The translations under genes were made by a program, and so were the position numbers. This document shows positions 29,428 to 40,100 of a stretch of DNA of 64,000 nt, one piece after another. The stretch is from an uncultured Heliobacteriaceae bacterium. GTDB taxonomy: Bacteria; Acidobacteriota; Blastocatellia; RBC074. The notes under the pieces are model-generated. The model made no database searches. It worked only from the letters and a program-made list of their open reading frames with translations, and was not told the DNA's origin. The stretch's first letter is position 1. The number at the start of each line of letters is the position of its first letter. Where the stretch lies: assembly GCA_964468345.1 (NCBI GenBank), contig CAYXVZ010000024.1, positions 2,632-66,631 on the forward strand, in the 5' to 3' direction.

Positions 29428-31857
29428 GTGAGAATCAACCGATCTCTCTTATCCCTCGTTCTGGGCGCTGTGGTGTTTGGCGTCCTCTTTGCGGCGATGC
29501 TGCTGCACACACAGCGCGGATCGGCGGCGCAGACCTTGCCGGGCGCATTTCGGCGGATCGCGACGCATGACGTCAACGGCGCGGTGGCGGAGATTGTGAC
29601 ATCGACGCCCAATGGCCGGACATTGATTTACACCAACTCCACTGATGGAAAAATTGGATTCGTGGACATTGCGGATCCGGCATCGCCCGTCGAAATCGGA
29701 TCGATCGCGGCCGGCGGCGAACCGACCTCGGTGGCGACCACCCCTGATGGCCGATGGGCCCTGGTCGTTGTGGACGGCACGCCCGATAAATTGCAGGTGA
29801 TCGACCTGGGCGATAACACGATCGAGACGACAATGAACCTTGGCGGTCAGCCGGACTCGATCGCCGTCAGCGCGGATGGAAAGTACGCGGCGATTGCGAT
29901 CGAGAACGAACGCGACGAGACGCTCAACGGCGGACGGATGCCGCAAACCCCCGCGGGCTTTCTGACCATCGTCGACCTCGATGGAGCGCCTCAGAATTGG
30001 AAGCTGCGCAACGTGCAATTGACGGGCCTTGCGACGCGATTTCCCGAAGATCCGGAACCGGAGTTTGTAGACATCAACAGCCAGAATCAGGTCGCGGTAA
30101 CCCTGCAGGAAAATAATCACGTCGTGATCGTGAACCTGGCGGACGGCAAGGTTCTCTCGCATTGGACGGCCGGCACGACGACCCATGCCGCCGATACCGC
30201 GAATAACGGCGACGTCAATTTCAATGGCCAGATCACAAATGCGCGCCGCGAGCCGGATGCAATCATCTGGACGCCCGGCGGCCGGCTGCTCACGGCAAAC
30301 GAAGGCGATTACACCATCGATCTGGCGGGAGGGTTTGCGGGCAGTCGCGATTTCACGATCTTTTCGGCGGATGGAAAGGTCGTCTTTGAGCCCGGCGCGG
30401 ATCTCGAAAGAGCCGCGGCGCTGGCGGGCCATTACCCGGACGCTCGCTCCGGTTCGAAGGGGATCGAGCCCGAGGGCGCGGAAGTCGCGTTCTATGGCGG
30501 CATTCCTCATGCCTTCGTCGCGTCGGAGCGAGGAGACTTCATCGCGGTTTATCGCATCGACGATGAGACGAAACCGGTATTGACGCAGCTTCTGCCGACC
30601 GGCGATGCGCCGGAAGGCGTGCATGCGATTTCGCACCGGAATCTGCTGGTCGCATCGAACGAAGGCGACGGAACCATTTCCATTTATCAATATGTCGTGG
30701 GTTCGAATGGCGCATCGAAGCCGGGCTATCCGCAGGTCACTTCCGGTGCGCCGTGGTGGAGTGCGATGTCGGGACTGGCGCAGGATGCAAACGGCAAAAT
30801 CTACGCCGTGCCCGACAGCATCGTTCGTCCGAGCCGGATTTACACGATTTCTTCGAGCGATCCGATCCGCGTTGAATCGGCCCTCGTGCTCAATAAGAAC
30901 TATGATCTGGAAGGCATCGCCATTCGGCCGGAAGGCGGATGGTGGCTGGTCAGCGAAGGCGCGGGAGCGGCCGGCGCGGCGACAGCCACGAAGAATCTTT
31001 TGATTCAGGTCGCTCCTGACGGCGCGATCGTCCGCGAAATCGAATTGCCGGCCGAGGTCAATGCGCGGCAGTTCCAGTGGGGATTCGAAGGGGTGACGAC
31101 AAGCAGCGACGGCTCGCAGGTCTACGTCGCATTCCAGCGCGAGTGGCAGGATGATCCGGCGGGCTTGGTGAAAATCGGCCGCTATACGCCCGCAACGGGC
31201 GCATGGGCCTTTTATCGTTATCCGATCGAGGCTGCGCCGAAAATTACGGGCGCCTGGGTCGGCCTGTCTGAAATCGTTCGCATCGATGACCAGACCTTTG
31301 CCGTTATCGAACGCGACAATCAGCAACGCGACAATACAATTGTTCGACGCTTGTATTCATTTTCAATCGCCGGCCTCACGCCCGCGCCGGCCGGCGCGAC
31401 GCCTCCCGTCGTGACCAAGACGCTGCTCCGCGACCTGATCAAGCAGGACGGGTTTCTGGTCGAGAAGGCGGAAGGCCTGCTGTATACCCCGCTCGGCGAC
31501 TGGATTGTAATCAGCGACAACGACGGCGCGGGGGAAACCCGCGTGACCCGCATTCTGAATCAGAATTACGATCGCTGCCTGCAGGATGAACAAAGCGGCG
31601 ACCTGCTGCGTTTCAATTCCCGCACGGGCGCATATCTGTTTATACGCTGCGGCGGGTTCACTATCGCGGGGCGGGGCGCCATCGATCGCGAAGGCTGCGC
31701 GCTTCGACTGAATGATGCCCGTGTCTCGGTCAGCGTCGACGATTGCAGCTTCAGCAGCGTCAAAGGCGGTCGCGCCACGGTTCGCGCCAATGTGTTGGGG
31801 CCGGTATTTGAAATCAACGATGAAAACATCGGCGACAACACCTGCGGCTGCCGATAA
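29428..31857 (+). CDS. Secreted beta-propeller protein with a C-terminal phytase-like esterase domain (choice-of-anchor-I / esterase-like-activity-of-phytase family); putative phosphatase
   Basis: Signal/TM MRINRSLLSLVLGAVVFGVLFAAMLL. Repeated beta-propeller blades (TPDGRWALVVVDG, SADGKYAAIAIEN, TPGGRLLTANEGD). C-terminal region LEGIAIRPEGGWWLVSEG...YVAFQREWQDDPAGLVKIGRY typical of the phytase-like domain. GTG start with a GGAGG Shine-Dalgarno. Confidence 0.6.
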   Translation: MRINRSLLSLVLGAVVFGVLFAAMLLHTQRGSAAQTLPGAFRRIATHDVNGAVAEIVTSTPNGRTLIYTNSTDGKIGFVDIADPASPVEIGSIAAGGEPTSVATTPDGRWALVVVDGTPDKLQVIDLGDNTIETTMNLGGQPDSIAVSADGKYAAIAIENERDETLNGGRMPQTPAGFLTIVDLDGAPQNWKLRNVQLTGLATRFPEDPEPEFVDINSQNQVAVTLQENNHVVIVNLADGKVLSHWTAGTTTHAADTANNGDVNFNGQITNARREPDAIIWTPGGRLLTANEGDYTIDLAGGFAGSRDFTIFSADGKVVFEPGADLERAAALAGHYPDARSGSKGIEPEGAEVAFYGGIPHAFVASERGDFIAVYRIDDETKPVLTQLLPTGDAPEGVHAISHRNLLVASNEGDGTISIYQYVVGSNGASKPGYPQVTSGAPWWSAMSGLAQDANGKIYAVPDSIVRPSRIYTISSSDPIRVESALVLNKNYDLEGIAIRPEGGWWLVSEGAGAAGAATATKNLLIQVAPDGAIVREIELPAEVNARQFQWGFEGVTTSSDGSQVYVAFQREWQDDPAGLVKIGRYTPATGAWAFYRYPIEAAPKITGAWVGLSEIVRIDDQTFAVIERDNQQRDNTIVRRLYSFSIAGLTPAPAGATPPVVTKTLLRDLIKQDGFLVEKAEGLLYTPLGDWIVISDNDGAGETRVTRILNQNYDRCLQDEQSGDLLRFNSRTGAYLFIRCGGFTIAGRGAIDREGCALRLNDARVSVSVDDCSFSSVKGGRATVRANVLGPVFEINDENIGDNTCGCR

Positions 31858-31875
31858 CTCCAGGCGATGGCAATC

Positions 31876-31925
31876 GCGCCGGATGAATAACAGCACAATT
31901 CCTGTTACTCATCCGGCGCTATTAC
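31876..31925 (+). terminator. Rho-independent-type terminator hairpin after the phytase-like gene
   Basis: 18-bp stem gcgccggatgaataacag / ctgttactcatccggcgc (one mismatch), 8-nt loop, followed by a T-containing tail (tattaccattgg). Confidence 0.5.
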
Positions 31926-31945
31926 CATTGGTGATTCTTGTGAGA

Positions 31946-32092
31946 GCTAAATCAGAACAACCAGCCTTGGGACAACGCTTTTACCACGAAGAAACGAAGA
32001 GCACGAAGAAAGAGGCATGAAATCTGCTTTCTCTCTTTTCTTCGTGCTCTTCGTTTCTTCGTGGTTGTGCCTTTCTTCCCTGGCTTGATTTT
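31946..32092. repeat. MITE/REP-like repeat family A copy 4
   Basis: gctaaatcagaacaaccagccttgggacaacgcttttaccacgaagaaacgaagagcacgaagaaag ... ttcttcgtgctcttcgtttcttcgtggttgtgcctttcttccctggcttgattttgtcc. Confidence 0.7.
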
Positions 32093-32287
32093 GTCCTCTG
32101 CAATGAAAGGCACGTGGAATGCAAATTATTAACATGTTTCTGATGTGTTACTGATTTCAATTTAACGCCCACCTGCCAGACTTCCTTTTTCGAAAATTCT
32201 TCCATCGAAGTTACACGATTCAAAATCAAAAATAAGATCCAGGACAGATTCCGAAAAAGAAATCTATCTTGTGAGAAGGAGTGTGAG

Positions 32288-35185
32288 ATGACCGGCAGGA
32301 AGTCGTTCATATTGATTGTCCGGACTGTATTCATATGCGGGTTGCTGTGGATTGCGCCCAATGCCTGGGCGCAAGGGCAGGCCATCGATGGCATTATCGA
32401 AGGCTTTGTGAAATCGGAGAACGCCGCGCCCGCGGCGGGGGCAATGGTGCGGGCCGTGAATCAGGGAACCGGTTTTTCGCGCGAAGCCACAACGGACACC
32501 GCGGGCCGTTATTCGTTGCCGCTCTTGCCGCCGGGAACGTATGTCGTCACGGCTGAAACGAACGGATTGCCGAAGGCGACACGTTCGAATGTGGAGTTGC
32601 GCGCGGGCCAGGTCTTGACGGTCGAATTCGAACTCCGTGCAGCCAATATTGCGGAAACCATACAGGTTACGGCGCAGATTCCGCTGGTGGAGACGGGGCG
32701 GACCGTCATCAGCAACACCTATGACGAGCGGACCGTGCGCAGCATTCCAACGGTGGGCCGAAGCCTGCTCGACTTTTTCGTGCTGCAACCGGGCGTGAAT
32801 GCGCGGCCGATTTCCACAGGCGGCTCAGGCACGGGAACGCCGACGACGGTGTATGGCGGGCTGGGACTTCGCCAGATGAATGTGGACGGCGTTTCGAACA
32901 ATTTGCAGGGCGGCGCGCGCAATCTGGTGATCAGCCAGGAAGCGATCCAGGAGTTTCAAACAGTCACGAATTTCTCTGCTGAATTCGGCCGCGTCGGCGG
33001 CGGATTACAAAATGCCTTCACACGAGCGGGAGCCAATGACTGGCACGGATCCGCTTATCTTTTCAGCCGCCAGCGGTTCCTGAGCGCGAAGCCCTTTCTG
33101 CTTGCGCCTTCGGCGCCGAAGCCGGAATTTTCCCGCTACAATTATGGCGGTACGGGCAGCGGCCCGATCGTTCGGGATCGCGCCTTCTTTTTCGTTTCGT
33201 ATGAACGCTGGATGCAGGATCTGCCGGGCGTTTCGACCATTACCTCGACGAATGCCGCGGCGCTTGGAATTCCGCAAAGCAGCATCGGCGCGATCAATCA
33301 GACCTTTCGCGCGCATACGCTGACGGCGCGCGCCGATGCGCAATTGAATGCCGACAACCGGCTCTTCGCAAGATACAACTACTATTTCGATCGCGAATCG
33401 CCGCTGGGCAGCGGCCTGCAGTCGCTCGAAACGCTGGCGCGCTTTGACGAAGATCCGCACTCGGCCACGGCGCAACTCGTCACGACGATCAGCCCGCGCA
33501 TTCTCAATGAAGCCCGTTTCCTGTTCGCCACGCGCGGCATCAGCAACGGGGTTCCCAATCCGGATGCGCCGAACATCAATATCAGCGGCGTCGGCAGTTT
33601 CAATGGAAACTCGAACGGCACGCGCGTGACGCGCGAGCAGGGATTTCAGATCATCGACAACCTGTCGATCAATCTGGGCCGTCATTTCATCAAGACGGGG
33701 TTTGATCTGCTGCCCGTCAAGTTTCGCGAGCGCACGACCAATATCAACGGGACCTTCACCTTCGGCGGCCTGGCCGCGGTCGCGAATGTACGCGGGGCCA
33801 TCTCTCCGCTCGATCAGTTTCTGTTGACCGAACGCGGCGCAATCGATCCGGCGACCAATCGGCCGTATTCCTATTCGCGCTTTACACAGTCGGTCGGCAA
33901 GGAGTTTTTCGAAGCCAGCGTTTTCAACCAGGGCTATTTCCTGCAGGACGATATTCGCGTGAACAATCGGTTGAAGATCAACCTGGGATTGCGCTACGAA
34001 CTGTTCCTGCGGCCTGAGGGCAATCTGAATCCGGACCTGCCTGCCACCGGTGTGATTCCGCAGGATTACAATAACTTTGCTCCGCGCATCGGCATCGCCT
34101 GGGATCCGTTCGGCACTGGAAAGACGGTTCTTCGCGGCGGCTACGGCATTTATTACAACACGACGGTTGCACAGACCTTCAATACCTTCCTGCGCAGCAA
34201 CGGCCGCGATTCGATCAACATCAATGTCACGCCGGCCACGCCGGGCGCCCCTGCCTTTACACGAAACAAGGTCACACAACCGGCCGGCGTTTCGGTTATC
34301 TCGGACGTGCGGGTGTTCAATTCCGAATTCGACGATGTGACGACGCATAACTTCTATTTCACCGGCGAGCAGGAATTGATGCGGGATCTTTCGCTCTCGG
34401 TGACGTATCAGGGAACGCGGGGCCGCAACCTGCCCGTGGCCTTCAATACGAATCTGGCGCAGGCGGGGACCTTGCCGGATGGGCGCCGTCGCTGGACGTC
34501 GACCGGCCGGCCCGATCCGCGGTTCGGCAATATCTTCGTCTCAAACTCGATCGGCGAGCAGGATTATCATGGAATGATCGCGATGTTGACTAAACGGTTC
34601 TCGCGGGGATTTTCGTTCCAGGCTTCCTACCATCTATCGAAAACGAACGGCGCGGCATTCGCGGATGATTTCACGGGCTTCGGCATTTTCACCTCGCCCT
34701 CCGATCCGCTGGATCTCTCGGTCGATCGCGGCCGCGGCGATTTCGATATGCGCAATCGATTCACCCTGACCGGCGTGGCGGAAACGAAATTCGCCCGTCT
34801 GAGCGGCCTTGCGGCAGCCGTGATCAACAACTGGCAGCTTTCGAGCCGCGTCATCCTTTCAGACGGCTTCGCCTTCAATGCCACCACGGGCGCTGACACG
34901 AACGGCGATTCGATCTTCAACGATCGGCCGAGCGGCGTTGCTTACAATGCTTATACGCTGCCGGGGTATGCCACGCTCGACCTGCGCTTGTCCCGCATCT
35001 TGCCGCTCGGAGAAAAGATGCGATTGGAATTGATCGGCGAAGGCTTCAACCTGACCAATCGCCTCAATCCGACCGGCGTCAATCGCGTCTTCGGTCCGAA
35101 TGCGACCCCGAACGCCAATTTCAATACCGTCACGTCGGCGGAAACGGCCCGCCAGTTTCAACTCGCGGCGCGCTTCAGTTTTTAA
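32288..35185 (+). CDS. TonB-dependent receptor-like outer membrane protein with a CarboxypepD_reg-like N-terminal domain
   Basis: Signal peptide. IEGFVKSENAAPAAGAMVRAVNQGTGFSREATTDTAGRYSLPLLPPGTYVV. 965 aa, C-terminal ...QFQLAARFSF. AGGAG Shine-Dalgarno. Confidence 0.85.
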   Translation: MTGRKSFILIVRTVFICGLLWIAPNAWAQGQAIDGIIEGFVKSENAAPAAGAMVRAVNQGTGFSREATTDTAGRYSLPLLPPGTYVVTAETNGLPKATRSNVELRAGQVLTVEFELRAANIAETIQVTAQIPLVETGRTVISNTYDERTVRSIPTVGRSLLDFFVLQPGVNARPISTGGSGTGTPTTVYGGLGLRQMNVDGVSNNLQGGARNLVISQEAIQEFQTVTNFSAEFGRVGGGLQNAFTRAGANDWHGSAYLFSRQRFLSAKPFLLAPSAPKPEFSRYNYGGTGSGPIVRDRAFFFVSYERWMQDLPGVSTITSTNAAALGIPQSSIGAINQTFRAHTLTARADAQLNADNRLFARYNYYFDRESPLGSGLQSLETLARFDEDPHSATAQLVTTISPRILNEARFLFATRGISNGVPNPDAPNINISGVGSFNGNSNGTRVTREQGFQIIDNLSINLGRHFIKTGFDLLPVKFRERTTNINGTFTFGGLAAVANVRGAISPLDQFLLTERGAIDPATNRPYSYSRFTQSVGKEFFEASVFNQGYFLQDDIRVNNRLKINLGLRYELFLRPEGNLNPDLPATGVIPQDYNNFAPRIGIAWDPFGTGKTVLRGGYGIYYNTTVAQTFNTFLRSNGRDSININVTPATPGAPAFTRNKVTQPAGVSVISDVRVFNSEFDDVTTHNFYFTGEQELMRDLSLSVTYQGTRGRNLPVAFNTNLAQAGTLPDGRRRWTSTGRPDPRFGNIFVSNSIGEQDYHGMIAMLTKRFSRGFSFQASYHLSKTNGAAFADDFTGFGIFTSPSDPLDLSVDRGRGDFDMRNRFTLTGVAETKFARLSGLAAAVINNWQLSSRVILSDGFAFNATTGADTNGDSIFNDRPSGVAYNAYTLPGYATLDLRLSRILPLGEKMRLELIGEGFNLTNRLNPTGVNRVFGPNATPNANFNTVTSAETARQFQLAARFSF

Positions 35186-35296
35186 CTTAGAACAAGCAAG
35201 AAATGGCTCAGAAAGATTTACCACGAAGAGAAGAAAGGTGCAGGAAGGATGCCTTCTCTCTCTTCTTCGTGGTTTGTGCTTTTCTTGCTTAGTGCT
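35186..35296. repeat. MITE/REP-like repeat family A copy 5 (short variant), immediately 3' of the TBDR stop
   Basis: cttagaacaagcaagaaatggctcagaaagatttaccacgaagagaagaaagg ... ccttctctctcttcttcgtggtttgtgcttttcttgcttagtgctc. Confidence 0.6.
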
Positions 35297-35426
35297 CTTT
35301 GGAGGAAGTCCTCCGGGAAGCACTCAGTTTGATCTTTGCCTTTAAATTTCGCTTTCCTCACTCGCCCGGCCCCTGTAAAGCAAAGTCGAAATTTCTTGTT
35401 TTTGAGCAAGAAAATTGCGTTGTGGG

Positions 35427-35545
35427 GAAGAGAGAAATGGAAATAACGGAACAAACGAAAAAGAAGGGCTGTCTATTCCGGCTGCTCCGTTATTTCCGTT
35501 TGTTCCGTTTTTCTCGTTTATCGTTTTGGTTGCGCATTCGCCGCT
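35427..35545. repeat. Palindromic repeat family D copy 2
   Basis: ggaaataacggaacaaacgaaaaag ... ccgttatttccgtttgttccgtttttctcgtttatcgttttggttgcgcattcgcc. Homologous to 308..425. Confidence 0.6.
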
Positions 35546-35552
35546 CTGGAGT

Positions 35553-36452
35553 TCAGAAGCGTTTGATGGAAAGGACGTCGAAGGTCTGTTTGATCGTCCG
35601 GACAGCTTTATCATAAGTCGCCAGCGCCAGATTGGCGATTAACGCGTCCACGATGGATAGCTGCGCGATGCGGCTGGTCATCGCCTCGGTGCGGAATTTC
35701 GTCTCTCTGGCCATGGTTTCCAGCACCACATCGGCGTATTTCTGAATCGGTGACTTGCCGAAATTGGTAATCACAATCGTGCGCGCGCCGGCTTCTTTCG
35801 CCAGCCGCGTGGCCGTCACCGTTTCTTTGGTGCTTCCGGAGTGGGACACGGTCAGGACAGCCACCCGGCTGTTGGTCAGCGCGGCGCTGATGGCCTGCTT
35901 GTGGGAATCCACCTCCACGATGCAGTTGAGTCCGATGCGCTTCATTCGGTATTGCGCATCCTCGGCGATCGTCTTGGCGCTGCCGATGCCGTACACTTCG
36001 ATCCGCTCGGCGGCGAGCAGGATATCTTTTGCCCGGCGCATGGCCTCGGGCTTGAGCACCCGCAGGGTGTCGCGCAGCACCTGCATATTGCTGTGAAAGA
36101 TCTTTTCGTTCACCGTCGCCTCATCGTCCTCGCGCTCCAGATCCTCGTGAATGAATTGGACCGGCTGGACAATGTCCTGCGCGAGCGAGATCTTAATTTG
36201 CTGAAAACCCGTTGCGCCGATCTGCTTGCAGAGCTTGGTGACCGCGGACTCGCTGACCGACGCCTGCTCTGCCAATTCGGTGATGGACATCTGCACGACG
36301 TTCTCCTTGTGCTCGATCATGAAGTCCACGATACGCCTGCTGGCCGGCCCCAACTGACCACGAACACTCTTCAAAATCGAGCCGATCCCTTCAATCGGGG
36401 CGCCAGCCATTTTCGTGAGCGGTCCCTTCTTTGCATCCGAACGTGAGCTCAT
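35553..36452 (-). CDS. RpiR/MurR-family transcriptional regulator (HTH_6 + SIS domain)
   Basis: HTH (ITELAEQASVSESAVTKLCKQIGATGFQQIKISL) and SIS-domain motifs (RIEVYGIGSAKTIAEDAQYRMKRIGL, VLTVSHSGSTKET). Divergent from the TBDR gene at 37125. Confidence 0.85.
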   Translation of the reverse strand: MSSRSDAKKGPLTKMAGAPIEGIGSILKSVRGQLGPASRRIVDFMIEHKENVVQMSITELAEQASVSESAVTKLCKQIGATGFQQIKISLAQDIVQPVQFIHEDLEREDDEATVNEKIFHSNMQVLRDTLRVLKPEAMRRAKDILLAAERIEVYGIGSAKTIAEDAQYRMKRIGLNCIVEVDSHKQAISAALTNSRVAVLTVSHSGSTKETVTATRLAKEAGARTIVITNFGKSPIQKYADVVLETMARETKFRTEAMTSRIAQLSIVDALIANLALATYDKAVRTIKQTFDVLSIKRF

Positions 36453-37124
36453 TCTGCTCCTATCTTCGCCGAGCGCGACAATGTACCTGACGCAGTACGT
36501 TTGTTAGTGGAGTGTAGCCTGACGGGTTCAGGTCGAGGCTGCTGACGGCGAGCAATATAGTTACATTTACCGGATTTCACAATGCCGAATATCGCGCAAC
36601 TTACTTCCTCGCGGCGATCGTTTGCGGAATCGCAATAGACGGTGATTGCAAGTCCCTGGCGCTCCGCGCCTATGAGGAAATTACAGAAATTTGACTTGTC
36701 ACGGGTGACTTTAGTGAAGTATTTTTACTGTCTCGTACCATTCAACTTCTCGTCAATGACGATACCGCCGCGACATAGGCCCCTATGCATACGCATACGA
36801 CGTGAGGGCAAGCGCGAAGAGTTGGCCCGGACCCACGCTTTGGATTCATCTGTGTCGGCTCGACATATGCCGACTCGCACTTCAGATGAAGGTGCCACGT
36901 TACCGGCCTAATAAACAGGGAGTTTTCATCGACGCCATCAACGATCATTCGTAACTCGGATGATAACAAGAAATAACATGGTTGTTTCTTCTCGTCTTCC
37001 AGGACGTTAGTCGATATCCGAGACGAGGTATTTCTCCATAACCAACGGAATATTCAGCATCGGTCGAGGTTTGCAAGCGGACCTCGAGTGGTCTTTGTGT
37101 ATCTTTTTGAGGAGGAAGTAATTC

Positions 37125-40100
37125 ATGCGTTCCGCGGGATCTTCGTTCTATGGGCGTAGCTGCGCCTTTTTTCAGCAATTACTGCTGGTTGCATTCATTC
37201 TTGCGTCTTTGTGCGTGGCCGCATCCGCGCAAACCGGGTTGGGCGTAATCGAGGGCACGGTGGAAGACGCCAACGGCGGGAAATTACCGAATGCCGTGGT
37301 GAAGGCATTCAATGAAAACAATGGAACTTCGTTGCAGGTCACGACCGACAGCGAAGGGAGTTTCCGGTTCCCGAGCCTGCCGCTCGGAAAATACCGCGTG
37401 GAAATCACGCTCGGTGGTTTTGCGAAGAAGATTGCGAACGAGGTCACGGTCGATCCCGTCAATCCGGCAAAGCTGAGTGTCGTGATGGTGCCGGCGGGCG
37501 TTGCCGAAATCGTCAATATCTCTTCGGATGGGCAGTTGCTGCAGACGGAGAACTCGACGCAGGCGGCGACGCTGACGGCGAAAGAACTGACCGAGTTGCC
37601 GACGCCTTCGCGAAACGTGACGCATCTGATCGTTTCCGAACCTGGCGTCAGCGCGCCGCTGCCGGATCGCACGGGCGCGGGTCTCAATATCGCAACGACG
37701 CCCGGGACGCAGGCGGAGGATTCGGTGCAATCGCTGAACCCAAGCGTGAATGGCGCGCGGCCGACGAACAATTCGCTGCGCTTGAACGGCGTGGACGGAA
37801 CGAACCTGCTCAATCGCGGCGGCGGCCTCGGCAACAATTTGATCGTGCCGCTCGATTCGCTGGAAGTCGTCACAGTGCAGAGCGCGCTCTATAACTCGCC
37901 CACAGGCCGCAACGGCGGTGGCAACATCGAACTCGTCACCCGCACCGGCACCAACCAGTTTCATGGCACGGCGGCGCATTTCCTGCAAAACGAAAAATTC
38001 AACGCCAACGAATTCTTCCTCAATCGCAACGGCAACGGACGGCCGAAATTCCGCCGCAACGAAACCTCGGCGGCCTTTGGCGGGCCGATTCTCAAGGACA
38101 AGCTTTTCTTCTTCGCGAATGTGCAGCGAACCGATTTTCTGTCCGGCTACGCCAGCAACGCGACGGCACGCGTGGGATTGCCTGTCGGCCTGACCGATGT
38201 GCGCACACGCGAGAGCATCGCGGATGTCGCCAATCAGTATTTGCGGAACGGGCAGGCGGACAATGCAACGTTTGCGGCCAATTTTCTGACTCGCCTGCGG
38301 GCCTTTCCTGCCGACCAGCAGTCGGGACTGTTCCAGAAGTTTTTCGGCACGACGAACCCAAACACGAACAACCTTGTCTTTCGCACACTGACCGCGGCCG
38401 ACATTCATCCGGTGGCCGTCAATATTCTCAATCAGAAACGGGAGGGCAAATTCCTGATTCCGTCGCCGACGCCCGATATGCGCATCCTGCCGGGAAACGG
38501 CGCTTTTGGACGGGAGCAGTTCTTGCAGCAGGTGATTCCGACCGAGGTCAATTCGTGGGCTGGCGTCGGATCGCTGCAGTGGACGCCGAGAGAGAAAGAC
38601 CGCTTCCGGCTCAATTACAACCAATCCACGAGCAACGTCCTCGAAGCCTTCGGTTGGGCCGATTCCTCGCCTTCGCCGACGGACGGCCAGACCAAGGGCT
38701 GGTCCACTTCGCTTTCGCATCAACACACCTTCGGCGCGAATCTGGTGAATGATCTGCGGATCGGCTTTTTCGATTTAAGCAATAACCGCCTGGCTCGCAA
38801 TCAGGACATCAAAAATTCCACGCTCGGGATTTTCAATCCGCTCGAAGCGCTCGGCGGCCTGGCGGCGCTGATGCCGACGATCGACATCACGACGCAATTC
38901 AGTTCCGGCGGCATCGGCAACGCATGGGATTTTTATGACCGGCAAAAGGTATACAACTTTATCAATACCCTGAGCTATGTGCGTTCGCGGCATGCGATGC
39001 AATTCGGCGCGGAATACCGCCGCATGAATTTGACCGGCGAATTTCAATCGCGCACGAATGGCGATCTTGATTACGACACCTGGGCCCTGTTTTTCACGGG
39101 CCACGGCGCGGCGGGCGGCGGATCGGACCTCGATCAGGGCGATACGCGCCGCAACATGACCGCGCAGGATATCAGTTGGTATGTGCACGACGACTGGAAA
39201 GTGCGCAAAGGCCTGACGCTCAACCTCGGCATGCGTTATGACTTTTTCGGCAACTTCACCGATTCCGACGGCCGCCTCGGCACATTCATTACCCCGGCGC
39301 TGTCGAAAGAAACCGGCCTACCGGTCGGCTATCAGGTGCCGGAAAACAGCCTGATCTTCAACCAGGGATTCAAGCCATTGGACATCGGCCTGTACGTCGA
39401 ACCGGGCACCCCGATCGATTTGCGAATGATCAACAAGTCGAAGACCGCCTCGACGCTCTTTGACGATTACAACAACTTTGCGCCGCGCCTCGGTTTCGCA
39501 TGGTCGCCGAGCTTCCTGCCGAAGTTCGTGCTGCGCGGTGGATACAGCATCTTTTATGAACGGACCTCGGCGTCTTATAAGGTCGATTTGCAGCGCGCCG
39601 CGCCGTTCTTCATCTATCAGAATGTTCCGGCGCCGGTCGATATGGCCAATCCGTATCCGCGCTTAAACATCAATCCATTCGTCCTGCCCTTCAATGTGGC
39701 CATTGCGCGCAATGCCAACGGGACGCCTCGCTGGATCCGCGGCGACGGCCGGGAATTTCCCGCAACCGAGCCCTTTGGCGCGAAAAGCAATGTCTATATT
39801 CATCCGAAAATCAAAGCGCCTTATATGCAGCAATGGTCGCTCAACACGCAGTATGAAGTGACCAGGGGCATTGCGCTCGATCTGCGCTACGTCGGTTCGC
39901 GCGGCGTCGGGTTGATCGGGCGATACAATGTGGCGCAGGCGATCGATCCGCGCGTGACGGCAGTCAACGGATTCACGGACATTCGCGATCGCAACCGCTC
40001 CACGGCCAATCCGGACGGCGCCTTGATCAACCCCGATTTCTTTGTTCCCACGGAATTCCTCGGACTGAGCCGTTCAGGCGGTTTCGTGCAGGTGGCCAAC